A stretch of 64,000 nt of DNA, taken from positions 5,039 through 69,038 of the forward strand of contig SYLI01000055.1 of NCBI GenBank assembly GCA_005809105.1, in the 5' to 3' direction. How positions within the stretch are numbered: the stretch's first letter is position 1; every line of letters begins with the position of its first letter. This DNA comes from Verrucomicrobiales bacterium (GTDB lineage Bacteria; Verrucomicrobiota; Verrucomicrobiia; Limisphaerales; UBA1100). Shown piece by piece: positions 45,205 to 54,611 of this stretch. The position numbers were made by a program, and so were the translations under genes. The notes under the pieces are model-generated. The model had not been told where the DNA came from. It did no database searches and saw only the letters and a list, made by a program, of their open reading frames with translations.

Positions 45205-47804
45205 CAGCGTGGGGGGGCTTGCACCGGCCCTGCGCCGGAGAGGAAGGCCAGCAAATCGCGCAGCTCCACGTCGGTGAGCGCATCCACCAGCCCCGAAGGC
45301 ATGGGCGAGGCATGAGACTCAGCGCGTTTGACGATGTCCTCGGGCTTGAAGGTGCGCTCTTTGCCCAGCAGGTCACGGAACACATCCACGCTCGAAGACC
45401 GCAGCAAGATGCCGGTGAATTCACTGCCGTCCTTCAATACCAGCGACGTGGCGTAATACTGGGGCGCGACATCGCGGCTGGGTTCCAGGAGGGATCGTAG
45501 CAGCGCCGACTCGTCGCCCTGCCGCGCAATCAAGGTTAAGTCGGGGCCGACCACATTGCCCCTCCCGCTGTGCCGATGGCAATTGCTGCAAAGCGCAACA
45601 CGCGGGTGGAAGAATAGTCGCCGGCCCGCCTCGATGTCCGCAGGGCCCGGCAGCTTCGCCAGTCTCTGGCTCCATGCTTGCGTGTCGGTGAGAGCCGGGC
45701 GCCCTGCGCCGATGCCAGCGGGATTCTGGATGGCACCCACCAACGCCGCCGAGTCCGGAAACCGGCGCGCAACGCCGCGCAAGGTCTCCTGCGCAGCGTC
45801 CTTGAGAGCGCGGAAACGAAGCGCGCGCAGCGCTTCCTTGCGCACTCCTGCGTCGTCCTGTTGGGCCAGTGTCAACGTCAACTCCTCGTGCGCTGGCGTC
45901 GTGCTGCCGGCCAGTCCCGCCAGAGCATCAGCGCGCAGAGCGGCGGGGCGCGTCCGATCGCCGGCAATTTTGGAAAGCAGTCCCAGCGCGGCATCGTCCG
46001 GGCGAAGGCCCAGCGTGCGCACCACTTCGGCCGACAAGAGCGGATCGTCGAACGCCAGCAATTCTTGCAGCAGCGCAACGGTGAGCCGGGGATGCGCGGC
46101 CGGCGCCAGTCGCAGCGCGAAGGCTCTCAGGCGCGCGGGAGTATCCCGGCGCGCAACCCGTTCCATGAGCACCTCCGCGTCAACCACGCCGGCTTCAGGC
46201 TTTCCACGGAGCGTATTCCAGCATGCCAGCGCGGCTTCAAACAGGCGGAAGTCGAGGTTGGGCTGCAGGAGCATCGCTTCCACTTCGCTGGAAAATCCGG
46301 TCATCACCGAATCGGAAATCCAGCGGAGGCATTCAAAGCGCAATTCCGGATCGGGATCGGCCAGAAATTCCCGCACCCACCTTTCAGCAGAGGGATCCGC
46401 GCGGCGCAATGCCAGCAGAGCCCAAACGCGGTCGCGCGCAGGGAAGGCGCGGACTTGGCCCGGAGTCCATCCCACACTGGTACGGGCCAGAGCAAAGAGC
46501 GCGGCGTCGGCGAGGTGCGCGTCGGTGGCCCGCGCCAAATCAAAGAGCTTGGCTTGGGGCATGGCAGGGCTGCCTGCGCGCAGCGTGTCCGCCAGTCGCG
46601 ATGCGGCGTTGGGTTGGGGCCACAGGGAATTGACCCACGCGGCCTTCGTGCGGTCGACCTCCAGTTTCCACAGGCGCCCGCGGCCATGCAGTGTGTACGA
46701 ACTGTGAACCCAGTCGTTGAAGTAAAAAGCGCCATCGGGACCGGCGACAAGACACGAGGGGCGGAAATGCTCGCCGCCGCGCACGAGTTCAGTCCGCTGC
46801 GCGCGATAGCTGGCACCCTGCCGCGCCAGGGGGAAGTAGTCGATGCGGTGATGGCTCCACGAAGGCACCACGACGCCGCCTCCCAGTTCCGCAATCGAGC
46901 AGGGGCCTTCGCCGGAGGGATGGATCATGCCAAGCGTTCCACGCAGCTCGCCGTTCCAAGCCACGAAGGGATGAACGGGCGCGCTGCCGTACACCCACTG
47001 GAAGCCGTAGTCAGCGCCTTCGACCACATGCAAGAGGCGGCAGGGCGGGCGGCTGCCGGGATCGTTATCCACCGCAAAGAGCTCGCCATCGGCCCGGGCC
47101 AGCAGGCCAAATGGATTCCAAAAACCATGCGCCACGCGGCGAAGCCCCGTGCCATCGGGGCGGCAGCGAAACACGCCGCCCTCGCCGCGGCCGCTCAGCT
47201 TTGCACCATCGGTGCCGGTGAGTGTCCACGGCTTGCCAAAATTCTCGCCGAGCGAAAAGAGAAGGTCACCTCCGGGAAGCCACGCCATTCCGGAGAGCCC
47301 GTTGTGGGGATAATCGGCGGTCGTGGCGAGCGTGGCGATGGCCTCCTCGCGATCGCCTTTACCGTCCTCGTTGGTGTCCTTCACGCGCAGGATGCGGCCA
47401 CGCTCGGCCAGATATACCCAGCCTCCGCCTCCCAGCGCGACATTCATGGTGGCGGAAGTCTTGCTGTAAAACACCCTGCGCCCGGTGCCGTTGCGATCGA
47501 ACACCAGCAATTCGTCGCGCGCCGGGCCCTGGTAGCCCTCAGGGCGAAAGTGGGTGTGGCAGGCCACCACCCAGATGCGGCCTTGCGCATCCACGGCGAT
47601 GCCCGTGGGGGTGACAAGCGAGGGATGCTCCGCTAGAAGGGTGAGCTTGAGCCCAGGCTGTAGCAATTCGATCTTGGGTGGCAATGACGCGGGCACCACC
47701 GGAGGAGGCGGTGCGGCGCTAGCATCGAAGTGCGCCGGGACCGTGAGTGATGCGATGGCCATCGCGGCCACACGAAGGAAACACAGCAGGCGATGGTGAT
47801 GCAC
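45204..47804 (-). CDS. PVC-type membrane-bound dehydrogenase domain + HEAT repeats + C-terminal CxxCH heme-binding domain protein
   Basis: An N-terminal signal is present if the start is the GTG at 47804 (alternative ATG at 47762). Motifs LKLTLLAEHPSLVTPTGIAVDAQGRIWV, a HEAT-like middle region, and C-terminal CSNCHRHSGRGNVVGPDLT..LLEPS. Only the 3' 2.6 kb of the 1504-aa track ORF is treated as coding. Confidence 0.8.
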   Translation of the reverse strand: MHHHRLLCFLRVAAMAIASLTVPAHFDASAAPPPPVVPASLPPKIELLQPGLKLTLLAEHPSLVTPTGIAVDAQGRIWVVACHTHFRPEGYQGPARDELLVFDRNGTGRRVFYSKTSATMNVALGGGGWVYLAERGRILRVKDTNEDGKGDREEAIATLATTADYPHNGLSGMAWLPGGDLLFSLGENFGKPWTLTGTDGAKLSGRGEGGVFRCRPDGTGLRRVAHGFWNPFGLLARADGELFAVDNDPGSRPPCRLLHVVEGADYGFQWVYGSAPVHPFVAWNGELRGTLGMIHPSGEGPCSIAELGGGVVVPSWSHHRIDYFPLARQGASYRAQRTELVRGGEHFRPSCLVAGPDGAFYFNDWVHSSYTLHGRGRLWKLEVDRTKAAWVNSLWPQPNAASRLADTLRAGSPAMPQAKLFDLARATDAHLADAALFALARTSVGWTPGQVRAFPARDRVWALLALRRADPSAERWVREFLADPDPELRFECLRWISDSVMTGFSSEVEAMLLQPNLDFRLFEAALACWNTLRGKPEAGVVDAEVLMERVARRDTPARLRAFALRLAPAAHPRLTVALLQELLAFDDPLLSAEVVRTLGLRPDDAALGLLSKIAGDRTRPAALRADALAGLAGSTTPAHEELTLTLAQQDDAGVRKEALRALRFRALKDAAQETLRGVARRFPDSAALVGAIQNPAGIGAGRPALTDTQAWSQRLAKLPGPADIEAGRRLFFHPRVALCSNCHRHSGRGNVVGPDLTLIARQGDESALLRSLLEPSRDVAPQYYATSLVLKDGSEFTGILLRSSSVDVFRDLLGKERTFKPEDIVKRAESHASPMPSGLVDALTDVELRDLLAFLSGAGPVQAPPR

Positions 47805-47868
47805 AGCGGGGACGTGGATGTGGGTGATGATGGAGGCGCACGGTTGGATTGTCCACCCGCATCGTGTC

Positions 47869-47886
47869 GGGTGGGCGGGGAAAGGG
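47869..47886 (+). other. G-quadruplex-type motif GGGTGGGCGGGGAAAGGG in a divergent intergenic region
   Basis: Direct read: four G3+ tracts with loops of 1, 1 and 3 nt. Two more GGG tracts follow, at 47896-47898 and 47906-47908. Confidence 0.6.
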
Positions 47887-47921
47887 ATTGACGGAGGGCG
47901 TTGGCGGGCGGTTGATGCGGC

Positions 47922-48884
47922 ATGGAAAACTCCACTCCCCGCGCCGTGTGGCTTGCGTTCGCACTGGCATCCACACTTTGCGCGGCAGACTTCAAGCCCA
48001 CGGCGCAGGATTCCGTGGTGGCCGCCAATGCGAAGTGGGAAATGGTCTGGACGGGGGGAGAGTTCACCGAAGGCCCGGCCGCGGCTGCGAATGGCGACAT
48101 CTACTTTTCGGACATCGGCAACCGGGTGCTGCGGTTCACGCCGTCCAGCGCCAAGACCACGGTGGTGCGCGAGCCTAGCGGGAGGGCGAACGGGCTGGAA
48201 TTCGATGCGGGCGGCCGGCTGATTGCATGCGAAGGCGCCTACGGCGGAGGCCGGCGCATTGCGGTTATTGATGGCAATACGTCCCGCACCCTGGCCGACC
48301 GATGGGAGGGGAAACGATTTAATTCTCCCAATGACCTGACCGTGGCGCCTGGTGGAATCATCTATTTTACCGACCCTCGCTACCTTGGAGATGAGCCGCG
48401 CGATCTGGACTTTGAAGGCGTCTTCTTGGTTCGCCCCAACGGCACCGTGGCGCTGGCCACACGGGACGTGCAAAAGCCCAACGGTATCGCCGCGCGTGCC
48501 GACGGCAAGGTGATCTATGTGGCCGACAACAATCCCAAGGGCAACCGTCATCTGCTGGAATTCACGGTGCAAGCCGACGGCACGTTGGCCGGCAAGAAAG
48601 TGCTGCACGACTTCGGGCCCAACCGCCGCGGTATTGACGGCATGACACTGGACTTGCAGGGCACCCTCTTTGCCACGGCCGGCACCGGCAACGAGGCGGG
48701 CATTTACGTGTTCACTCCTTCCGGCGTGCATGTGGCGTTCGTGCCCACGCAGGGCACCCCCACCAACTGCACCTTCGGCACGGGGCGCGAGTCGGGCGTG
48801 TTGTACGTCACCGCACAGTCGGGGGTCGAGGTCGGCGGACGAAAGCCGTGGGGACTTTACCGCATGCGCCTCAAGGCACCGTGA
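47922..48884 (+). CDS. SMP-30/gluconolactonase/LRE family protein, secreted
   Basis: Signal peptide. Motifs FTEGPAA, GRANGLEFDAGGRLIACE, NSPNDLTVAPGGIIYFTDP, PNGIAARADG. Confidence 0.85.
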   Translation: MENSTPRAVWLAFALASTLCAADFKPTAQDSVVAANAKWEMVWTGGEFTEGPAAAANGDIYFSDIGNRVLRFTPSSAKTTVVREPSGRANGLEFDAGGRLIACEGAYGGGRRIAVIDGNTSRTLADRWEGKRFNSPNDLTVAPGGIIYFTDPRYLGDEPRDLDFEGVFLVRPNGTVALATRDVQKPNGIAARADGKVIYVADNNPKGNRHLLEFTVQADGTLAGKKVLHDFGPNRRGIDGMTLDLQGTLFATAGTGNEAGIYVFTPSGVHVAFVPTQGTPTNCTFGTGRESGVLYVTAQSGVEVGGRKPWGLYRMRLKAP

Positions 48885-48923
48885 AGCGCGAATAGGCTTG
48901 CCTTCAACCGTGCCGGCACAACG

Positions 48924-49535
48924 ATGAGGCGCGTGGGTATTTCCACCCGGCAGTTCAAACAATTGCAGCAGCGACTGGCACGTCCACGGCCGGAGGCCGT
49001 GACGGAAGCGCCGGCCTTGCGCCCGCCACGGCTGGAAACGATTGTCCTGGGAGTGGACCCTTCGTTGCGGGGCGCGGGCTACGGCGTGGTGCGCCTGACG
49101 CGGGCCCATCCGGCAGTGCTGGCACAGGGAACCATCCTTTGTCCGGCGGCATGGCCGCGCACGCGATGCCTGGCGCGGATTGCCACCACGTTGCGAGAGG
49201 TCATCGCCCAGTGTCGCCCCACCGTCGCCGCAGTCGAGGGACTCTTCTACGCACAGAATGCCAAAACCGCGCTCATCATGGGCGAAGCGCGCGGGGCCGC
49301 ACTGGCGGTGATTGCCGAAGCGGGCCTGGAGATATTTGAAATCGCCCCGCGCCGGGCAAAGCTCGCACTCGTCGGGCACGGCGGGGCGCAAAAGCTGGCG
49401 GTCGCCAAGATGGTCCAGAGGATGCTGAACCTTGAGGACGTGCCCGCGCATGACGCGGCCGATGCGCTGGCGCTGGCGCTGGCGTGGGCGCAGGGGCAGA
49501 ATGGCTTTGCCACGGCGCAGCCCAGGAAAATATAA
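48924..49535 (+). CDS. ruvC: Crossover junction endodeoxyribonuclease RuvC
   Basis: Motifs LGVDPSLRGAGYGVV, AVEGLFYAQNAKTALIMGEARGA, GHGGAQKLAVAKMVQRML, DAADALALAL. An N-terminal extension of about 40 aa applies if the start is at 48924. Confidence 0.85.
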   Translation: MRRVGISTRQFKQLQQRLARPRPEAVTEAPALRPPRLETIVLGVDPSLRGAGYGVVRLTRAHPAVLAQGTILCPAAWPRTRCLARIATTLREVIAQCRPTVAAVEGLFYAQNAKTALIMGEARGAALAVIAEAGLEIFEIAPRRAKLALVGHGGAQKLAVAKMVQRMLNLEDVPAHDAADALALALAWAQGQNGFATAQPRKI

Positions 49536-49544
49536 CTGCGCCGC

Positions 49545-50132
49545 ATGATTGGTTTCGTGGAGGGTCAACTCGTTGAAGCGCTTCCCACGCAGGTGGTGGT
49601 GAATGTGCAGGGCGTGGGCTACGAGGTGTTGATCCCCCTTTCCTCGTTCGAGCGCCTGCCCGCGGTGGGCCAGCCGGTGCGACTGCTGACGCACTTGGTG
49701 GTGCGCGAGGATGCGCATCAGCTCTACGGATTTTGGACGGTGGCCGAACGCGCGCTTTTCCGGCTGCTCACGCGCGCCATCAGCGGGGTTGGTCCCAAGA
49801 TCGCACTCAACATCTTAAGCGGCATTTCTGTGGCGGCGTTCCACGAGGCGGTGTCCCGGGGCGATGTGAAGTTGCTCTCGGGAATCTCCGGCGTGGGAAA
49901 GAAAACGGCCGAGCGCATCGTGGTGGAGCTCAAGGACAAGTTGGCGGCCACGGCGACGGCGCTCCCGGCTGCCGCGACGGTGGGGGGGCAGACAAGCCAC
50001 GACGCGGCCCTCGCGCTCGAGGCTTTGGGATTTAAGCCCAAGGATGCGCAGGAAGCCGTGCGCGCAGCCGTGGCGGTTCTGGGGCCAGGGGCGGCGGTGG
50101 ACCGGGTGGTGCGCGCGGCGCTTCAAAAGTGA
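49545..50132 (+). CDS. ruvA: Holliday junction branch migration protein RuvA
   Basis: Begins MIGFVEGQL..VVVNVQGVGYEV. Motifs VREDAHQLYGF, VSGVGPKIALNILSG, GVGKKTAERIVVELKDK. Confidence 0.9.
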   Translation: MIGFVEGQLVEALPTQVVVNVQGVGYEVLIPLSSFERLPAVGQPVRLLTHLVVREDAHQLYGFWTVAERALFRLLTRAISGVGPKIALNILSGISVAAFHEAVSRGDVKLLSGISGVGKKTAERIVVELKDKLAATATALPAAATVGGQTSHDAALALEALGFKPKDAQEAVRAAVAVLGPGAAVDRVVRAALQK

Positions 50133-50833
50133 GGATGAGGGCCGGACCCCCAGATTCCACCGGGCGCGCGGCGAACGGGGTGCAGCCGCTGCGCTGGCAC
50201 GGCAGGCTTGCCGCGCTCATGATCTGTGCGGCGATGCGCGCGGTGGGTGCCACGCTGCGGATGCGCTTTGAAAACCAGTCGGGGCTGGATTTTTCCAAGG
50301 AACAGTCCCCGGTGATTTTCAGCCTCTGGCACAATCGGCTCGCACTTTCCATCCCCGTGTACCGCGCCTACTTCCTGCGCCACGCGCCGCAGCGCCGGCT
50401 GGCGGCCTTGGTCAGCGCGAGCAGGGACGGGGCCATTCTGGAGCGCACGCTGCAACGATGCGGGGTGCAGGTCGTACGCGGCTCCTCCAGCCGGCGCGGC
50501 CCCCAAGCGCTCTTGGAGCTCACGACATGGATGGAACGCGGGTTCGATCTGGCCATCACGCCCGATGGCCCGCGCGGTCCGCGCTACGTGGTGCAGCCGG
50601 GCCCCATCTGGCTGGCGCAAGTCACGGGGCTTCCCATTGTCCCCATCTCCGGCCGGATGCACTGGAAGCGCTGCCTGCGAAGCTGGGATCAGTTTCAAAT
50701 TCCAATGCCCTTCAGTGTGTGCGACGTGCGCATCGGATGCGCGCTGAAGGTGCCGCGCACGGCGGATGAGGAGCAGCGTGAGGCGATGCGCGAGGAGCTG
50801 GAGCGGCGCATGCGCGCCCTGTCGGCCGACTGA
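50129..50833 (+). CDS. DUF374 domain protein (lysophospholipid acyltransferase-like)
   Basis: Motifs FSLWHNRL, SASRDGAILERTLQRCG, GSSSRRG, ITPDGPRGPRY. GTG at 50129 overlaps the ruvA stop (GTGA); an alternative ATG is at 50135. Confidence 0.8.
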   Translation: MRMRAGPPDSTGRAANGVQPLRWHGRLAALMICAAMRAVGATLRMRFENQSGLDFSKEQSPVIFSLWHNRLALSIPVYRAYFLRHAPQRRLAALVSASRDGAILERTLQRCGVQVVRGSSSRRGPQALLELTTWMERGFDLAITPDGPRGPRYVVQPGPIWLAQVTGLPIVPISGRMHWKRCLRSWDQFQIPMPFSVCDVRIGCALKVPRTADEEQREAMREELERRMRALSAD

Positions 50834-50836
50834 ATC

Positions 50837-51415
50837 TCAGCGCGCCGCCGGGCGGATGGCCGTCCATTGATTTCGATAGCGCATCCGCCGCTCCATGATG
50901 GAACGGATGTATCGCCGGGTGCCTGCAAAATCCATTTGCTCCAGGAACGCCCCGCTGTTGGTCGCCGCCGCGCCCGACAGCCACCGCAGCACGCGGGAGC
51001 GCCCCGCGTTGTAGTCCGCCAGCGCAAAGGGAAGCGGGTCGTCCGCGTAGGGATACCGGACGATCAGCTTTCGCAGATACCACGTACCGGCAAGCGTGTT
51101 GCTCCATGCGTTCACGAGGTGGGCGTGGTGGAAATCTCGCAGCCCCTCCGCATCGGCCCACTCGCGCGCCGCATCTTCGCGCAGCTGCATGAGGCCCAGC
51201 TCGCCTGCGGCGCCCTTGGCGTGGCGATCAAACCGGCTCTCGCGCCACACGAGCGCCTTGATGAGCGCCGGATCCATGCCATAACGCGCCGCGGCGGCGG
51301 CGATGGGAGGATCCTGGCTTTTCTCACGCAGCATGGCGGCCCTCCAGAGAAGCAGTCCGCCGGCGGCGCAGCCCATCGCAACGGCGATGAGGCCCCATTT
51401 CCACGCGCGCGACAT
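50837..51415 (-). CDS. Lytic transglycosylase (SLT) domain protein, membrane anchored
   Basis: The N-terminal TM segment begins MSRAWKWGLIAVAMGCAAG. Motifs WRESRFDRHAKGAAGELGLMQL and ADYNAG. The track ORF is trimmed to the ATG at 51415. Confidence 0.8.
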   Translation of the reverse strand: MSRAWKWGLIAVAMGCAAGGLLLWRAAMLREKSQDPPIAAAAARYGMDPALIKALVWRESRFDRHAKGAAGELGLMQLREDAAREWADAEGLRDFHHAHLVNAWSNTLAGTWYLRKLIVRYPYADDPLPFALADYNAGRSRVLRWLSGAAATNSGAFLEQMDFAGTRRYIRSIMERRMRYRNQWTAIRPAAR

Positions 51416-51468
51416 GCGCACACGGTACGCCCCCGCCTTGGTGGCCGTCGAGCCAGAGCAACGCGGCT

Positions 51469-53739
51469 GTGAATGTTTTGCGCTCGACGCTCCCTCGCGG
51501 CCTCCTCGACGCTGGGGTGGTGATTGCGCAGGTGACATTGGAGATGGCCTTGCGCAAGGAGTATGACTATCTGGTTCCGCCAGAGCTGGCCGCCACCGCT
51601 TCGGTGGGGACTCGCGTCAAGGTGCCCTTCGGGCATCGGCAGGTGGTGGGCTGCATCACAGGCCTCGCCGACCAGTCCACCCAGACTGCACTCAAGTCCA
51701 TCCTCAAGATCGTCGGCACGCCAAAGCTGGTCACGGCCAAGGTGCTGGCGCTCTCGCGATGGCTGGGCGAATACTATTGTTGCGCGCCCGAACTGGCCCT
51801 CAAGAGCGTGCTGCCCCAGTCGGTGCGCCGCGAGCAGGATGGGTGGCGCGAGCGGTTGTACGTTATGGTACTCCCGGCCCACGAGTCGCCGCCCAAGCTC
51901 ACAGCGCGCCAGCAGGAGGTGCTCTTGGCCGTGCAGGCGCATCCCCCGCAGGTGGCGATGCAGGAGCTTCTAAGACTCACAGGCGCGACGGCGTCCGTGG
52001 TGCGCCGGCTCAAGGAGCTGGGGCTCGTGGAGATTGCGGCAAAGAAGGACGAGCGCGATCCCTATGCGCGCGAGACCATCCTCCCATCGCATCCGCTGCC
52101 GCTCCACGGGGCGCAGGAGCAGGCCCTTGCGGCCGTTCGCGGCGCCATGGATGCGGGAGGCGGCGGGGTGTTTTTGCTGCATGGCGTCACCGGCAGCGGC
52201 AAGACCGAAGTGTACCTTCAGGCCATCGCGCATGCGCTCTCGCGCGGGCAGGGGGCCATCGTGCTGGTACCGGAGATTTCGCTCACCCCCCAGACGGTGG
52301 AACGGTTCAAGTCGCGTTTTGGCCACGGACCGCAGCAGACGCTGGTAGCGGTGCTGCACAGCCATCTCTCCGAAGGCGAGCGGCACGACGAATGGCACAA
52401 GATCCGGGAGGGCCGTGCGCGCATTGTCATCGGTGCGCGTTCGGCCATCTTCGCCCCCGTCGAGCCTCTGGGGCTTGTGGTGGTGGATGAGGAGCACGAA
52501 ACCTCTTACAAGCAGGAGGAATCGCCCCGCTACCACGCGCGCGATGTGGCCGTGATGCGGGGGCGGCTGGAGGGCGCCGTCGTGGTGCTCGGCTCGGCAA
52601 CCCCGTCGCTGGAGAGTTACCACAACGCGCAGCGCGGCAAGTACACGCTCTTGGAGCTGCCCGTGCGGGCCGATGACAAGAAGCTTCCCGTGGTGCGCGT
52701 GGTAGACATGCGCCCGGAAAACTACAAGGACAAGGGGCCGCCAATTTTCTCGCAGCGTCTTAAGGAGGGCATCCTGCAGCGGCTCGACCGGCGCGAGCAG
52801 GTGATCATCTTCCTGAACCGGCGTGGCTACGCCACCTCGCTGCAATGTCCCAAGTGTGGTCATGTTTGCGGTTGCCCGAATTGCAGCCTGTCGCTGACGT
52901 ACCACCGCCACGAAGGCCGGCTGCGCTGTCACCTCTGCGGCCACGCTGAGCCCGCGCCACGCGTCTGCCCCAACCAAGCCTGCGCCAGCCCCGCCATCCG
53001 CTTTGCCGGAGTGGGCACAGAGAGAGTGGAAGAGACGCTGCGCCAGCTCTTCCCTCGCGCGACCGTCTCACGCATGGATTCGGACACGCTCCGGCGCAAG
53101 GAGGACTACCGGCGCATCCTTGGCGATTTTCGCACTGGCAAGATCGACATCCTTCTGGGAACGCAGATGATCGCCAAGGGGCTTCATTTTCCCAACGTCA
53201 CTTTGGTGGGCATCGTCCACGCCGACATGGCGCTGCACCTGCCCGACTTCCGGGCGGGCGAACGCACCTTTCAGCTCCTCACCCAGGTGGCCGGGCGCGC
53301 CGGACGCGGCGACGTGGAGGGCGAGGTGGTGGTGCAGTCGTTCACGCCGCACCATCCGGCCATCCAATTTGCGCGGCGGCATGACTACGAGGGATTTTAC
53401 GAGGCCGAGCTGGAATTTCGCAGCCAGCTCCGATACCCGCCCGCCGCGCGCGTGGCGCTCATCACGTTCAAGGGCCGCAATGAGGACGCCGTGGCGTTCG
53501 CTGCGCAGCACGTCAAACGCGAACTAGAGACAGCACTCTCGACCATCGGCGACCTCATCCTCGCCGGGCCGGCTCCCGCGCCGCTGCCCCGTGCCGAATC
53601 GCTCTACCGCTACCAGATCATGTTGCGAACGGCTGCGATGGCGCGCTTAAGCACGCGCCTCGCTGCGGTCGTCGCGGGGTGGAAGCTGCCGGAGGGAGTG
53701 GCGTGGGCCGTCGACATCGACCCGGTGAACCTGATGTAG
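51469..53739 (+). CDS. priA: Primosomal protein N' (replication restart helicase PriA)
   Basis: Motifs YDYLVPPEL, GVTGSGKTEVY, VVDEEHE, and a Cys-rich zinc region CPKCG..CPNCS..CHLCG. The start may instead be the GTG at 51517 (VVIAQVTL...). Confidence 0.9.
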   Translation: MNVLRSTLPRGLLDAGVVIAQVTLEMALRKEYDYLVPPELAATASVGTRVKVPFGHRQVVGCITGLADQSTQTALKSILKIVGTPKLVTAKVLALSRWLGEYYCCAPELALKSVLPQSVRREQDGWRERLYVMVLPAHESPPKLTARQQEVLLAVQAHPPQVAMQELLRLTGATASVVRRLKELGLVEIAAKKDERDPYARETILPSHPLPLHGAQEQALAAVRGAMDAGGGGVFLLHGVTGSGKTEVYLQAIAHALSRGQGAIVLVPEISLTPQTVERFKSRFGHGPQQTLVAVLHSHLSEGERHDEWHKIREGRARIVIGARSAIFAPVEPLGLVVVDEEHETSYKQEESPRYHARDVAVMRGRLEGAVVVLGSATPSLESYHNAQRGKYTLLELPVRADDKKLPVVRVVDMRPENYKDKGPPIFSQRLKEGILQRLDRREQVIIFLNRRGYATSLQCPKCGHVCGCPNCSLSLTYHRHEGRLRCHLCGHAEPAPRVCPNQACASPAIRFAGVGTERVEETLRQLFPRATVSRMDSDTLRRKEDYRRILGDFRTGKIDILLGTQMIAKGLHFPNVTLVGIVHADMALHLPDFRAGERTFQLLTQVAGRAGRGDVEGEVVVQSFTPHHPAIQFARRHDYEGFYEAELEFRSQLRYPPAARVALITFKGRNEDAVAFAAQHVKRELETALSTIGDLILAGPAPAPLPRAESLYRYQIMLRTAAMARLSTRLAAVVAGWKLPEGVAWAVDIDPVNLM

Positions 53740-53744
53740 AGCCT

Positions 53745-54611
53745 ATGCCCGCCCCCCGGCTCGCCCTGCTCATCCCCGCGTACAATGAGGAGGCGCGCAT
53801 TGGCCCGGTGCTGGTCCGTTACGCCGATGCTTGCCGCGCATCCTGGCCCGGACCGGTGCGCATCACCGTCGTGCTCAATGGCTGCCACGACGACACCCTG
53901 GAGGTGGTGCGGCAGGCTGCCGTAGGCCGGACGGATATCGAATGGCTGGATTTTCCCGCACCCATTGGCAAGGGCGGTGCGCTCATCGAAGGCTTTCGCC
54001 ATGCGTTGGATCAGGGCGCAGACATCATCGGCTTTGTGGACGCCGACGGCGCGACGCCGCCAGAGTCATTCCTGAAGCTGGCCGAGCGCTGTGCCGCCGG
54101 TGAGGCCGATTGCCTCATCGGTTCGCGCTGGCTTCCCGATTCGGTGCTGCACCAGCGACAGCCGCGCCTGCGACGCTGGCTTAGCCGCGGCTTTCACGCC
54201 CTGGTTGAACTGCTCTTCTGGATGGGGATCAAGGACACGCAGTGCCCGGCGAAGGTGGCACAGCGTGCGGCATTGGAACGGGTGTTGCCTGCGCTGCACA
54301 TCGCAGACTTGGCCTTTGATGTGAACCTGCTCTACGCCCTGCGCCGCGCGGGGGCAAGCGTCCGGGAAGTGCCGGTGGAGTGGACCGATCAGGCCGGATC
54401 CAAGGTCAGCGCCAGCTTGGGCCGCAGTTGTCTTGTGATGTTTCTCTCGGTGGTGCGGCTGCGGCTGGTGCACTCGCCGCTCTACCGGTGGCTGCGCCCG
54501 CTGCGTCCCATAGAGACGTGGCTCTACCTCAGCCTACGTGCGCCGCCGCCGCTTCCTCGCGCCGGTGGAGGCGCACGAACCAGGACGCCACCAGCAGATA
54601 GCCGGTGTTAG
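53745..54611 (+). CDS. Glycosyltransferase family 2 (polyprenyl-phosphate glycosyltransferase-like)
   Basis: Motifs LALLIPAYNEEARIG, VDADGATP and QCPAKV. ATG lies 5 nt after the priA stop. The 3' end overlaps the convergent gene by 83 nt. Confidence 0.8.
   Translation: MPAPRLALLIPAYNEEARIGPVLVRYADACRASWPGPVRITVVLNGCHDDTLEVVRQAAVGRTDIEWLDFPAPIGKGGALIEGFRHALDQGADIIGFVDADGATPPESFLKLAERCAAGEADCLIGSRWLPDSVLHQRQPRLRRWLSRGFHALVELLFWMGIKDTQCPAKVAQRAALERVLPALHIADLAFDVNLLYALRRAGASVREVPVEWTDQAGSKVSASLGRSCLVMFLSVVRLRLVHSPLYRWLRPLRPIETWLYLSLRAPPPLPRAGGGARTRTPPADSRC

Noticed and set aside
45204-49718. A 1504-aa minus-strand ORF, the longest in the track.
   Set aside because: Only the 3' 2.6 kb (to 47804 or 47762) has recognisable domains and a signal-peptide-like start. 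The 5' 1.9 kb is antisense to three well-supported + genes (gluconolactonase, ruvC, ruvA) and reads as low-complexity R/G/A/H-rich sequence. That is typical of stop-free shadow frames in GC-rich DNA.
48924-50132. ruvC-ruvA without an adjacent ruvB, and the roughly 40-aa RuvC N-terminal extension, as something unusual.
   Set aside because: ruvB is frequently unlinked in bacteria, and the extension depends on an uncertain start codon. This is not enough evidence for a finding.
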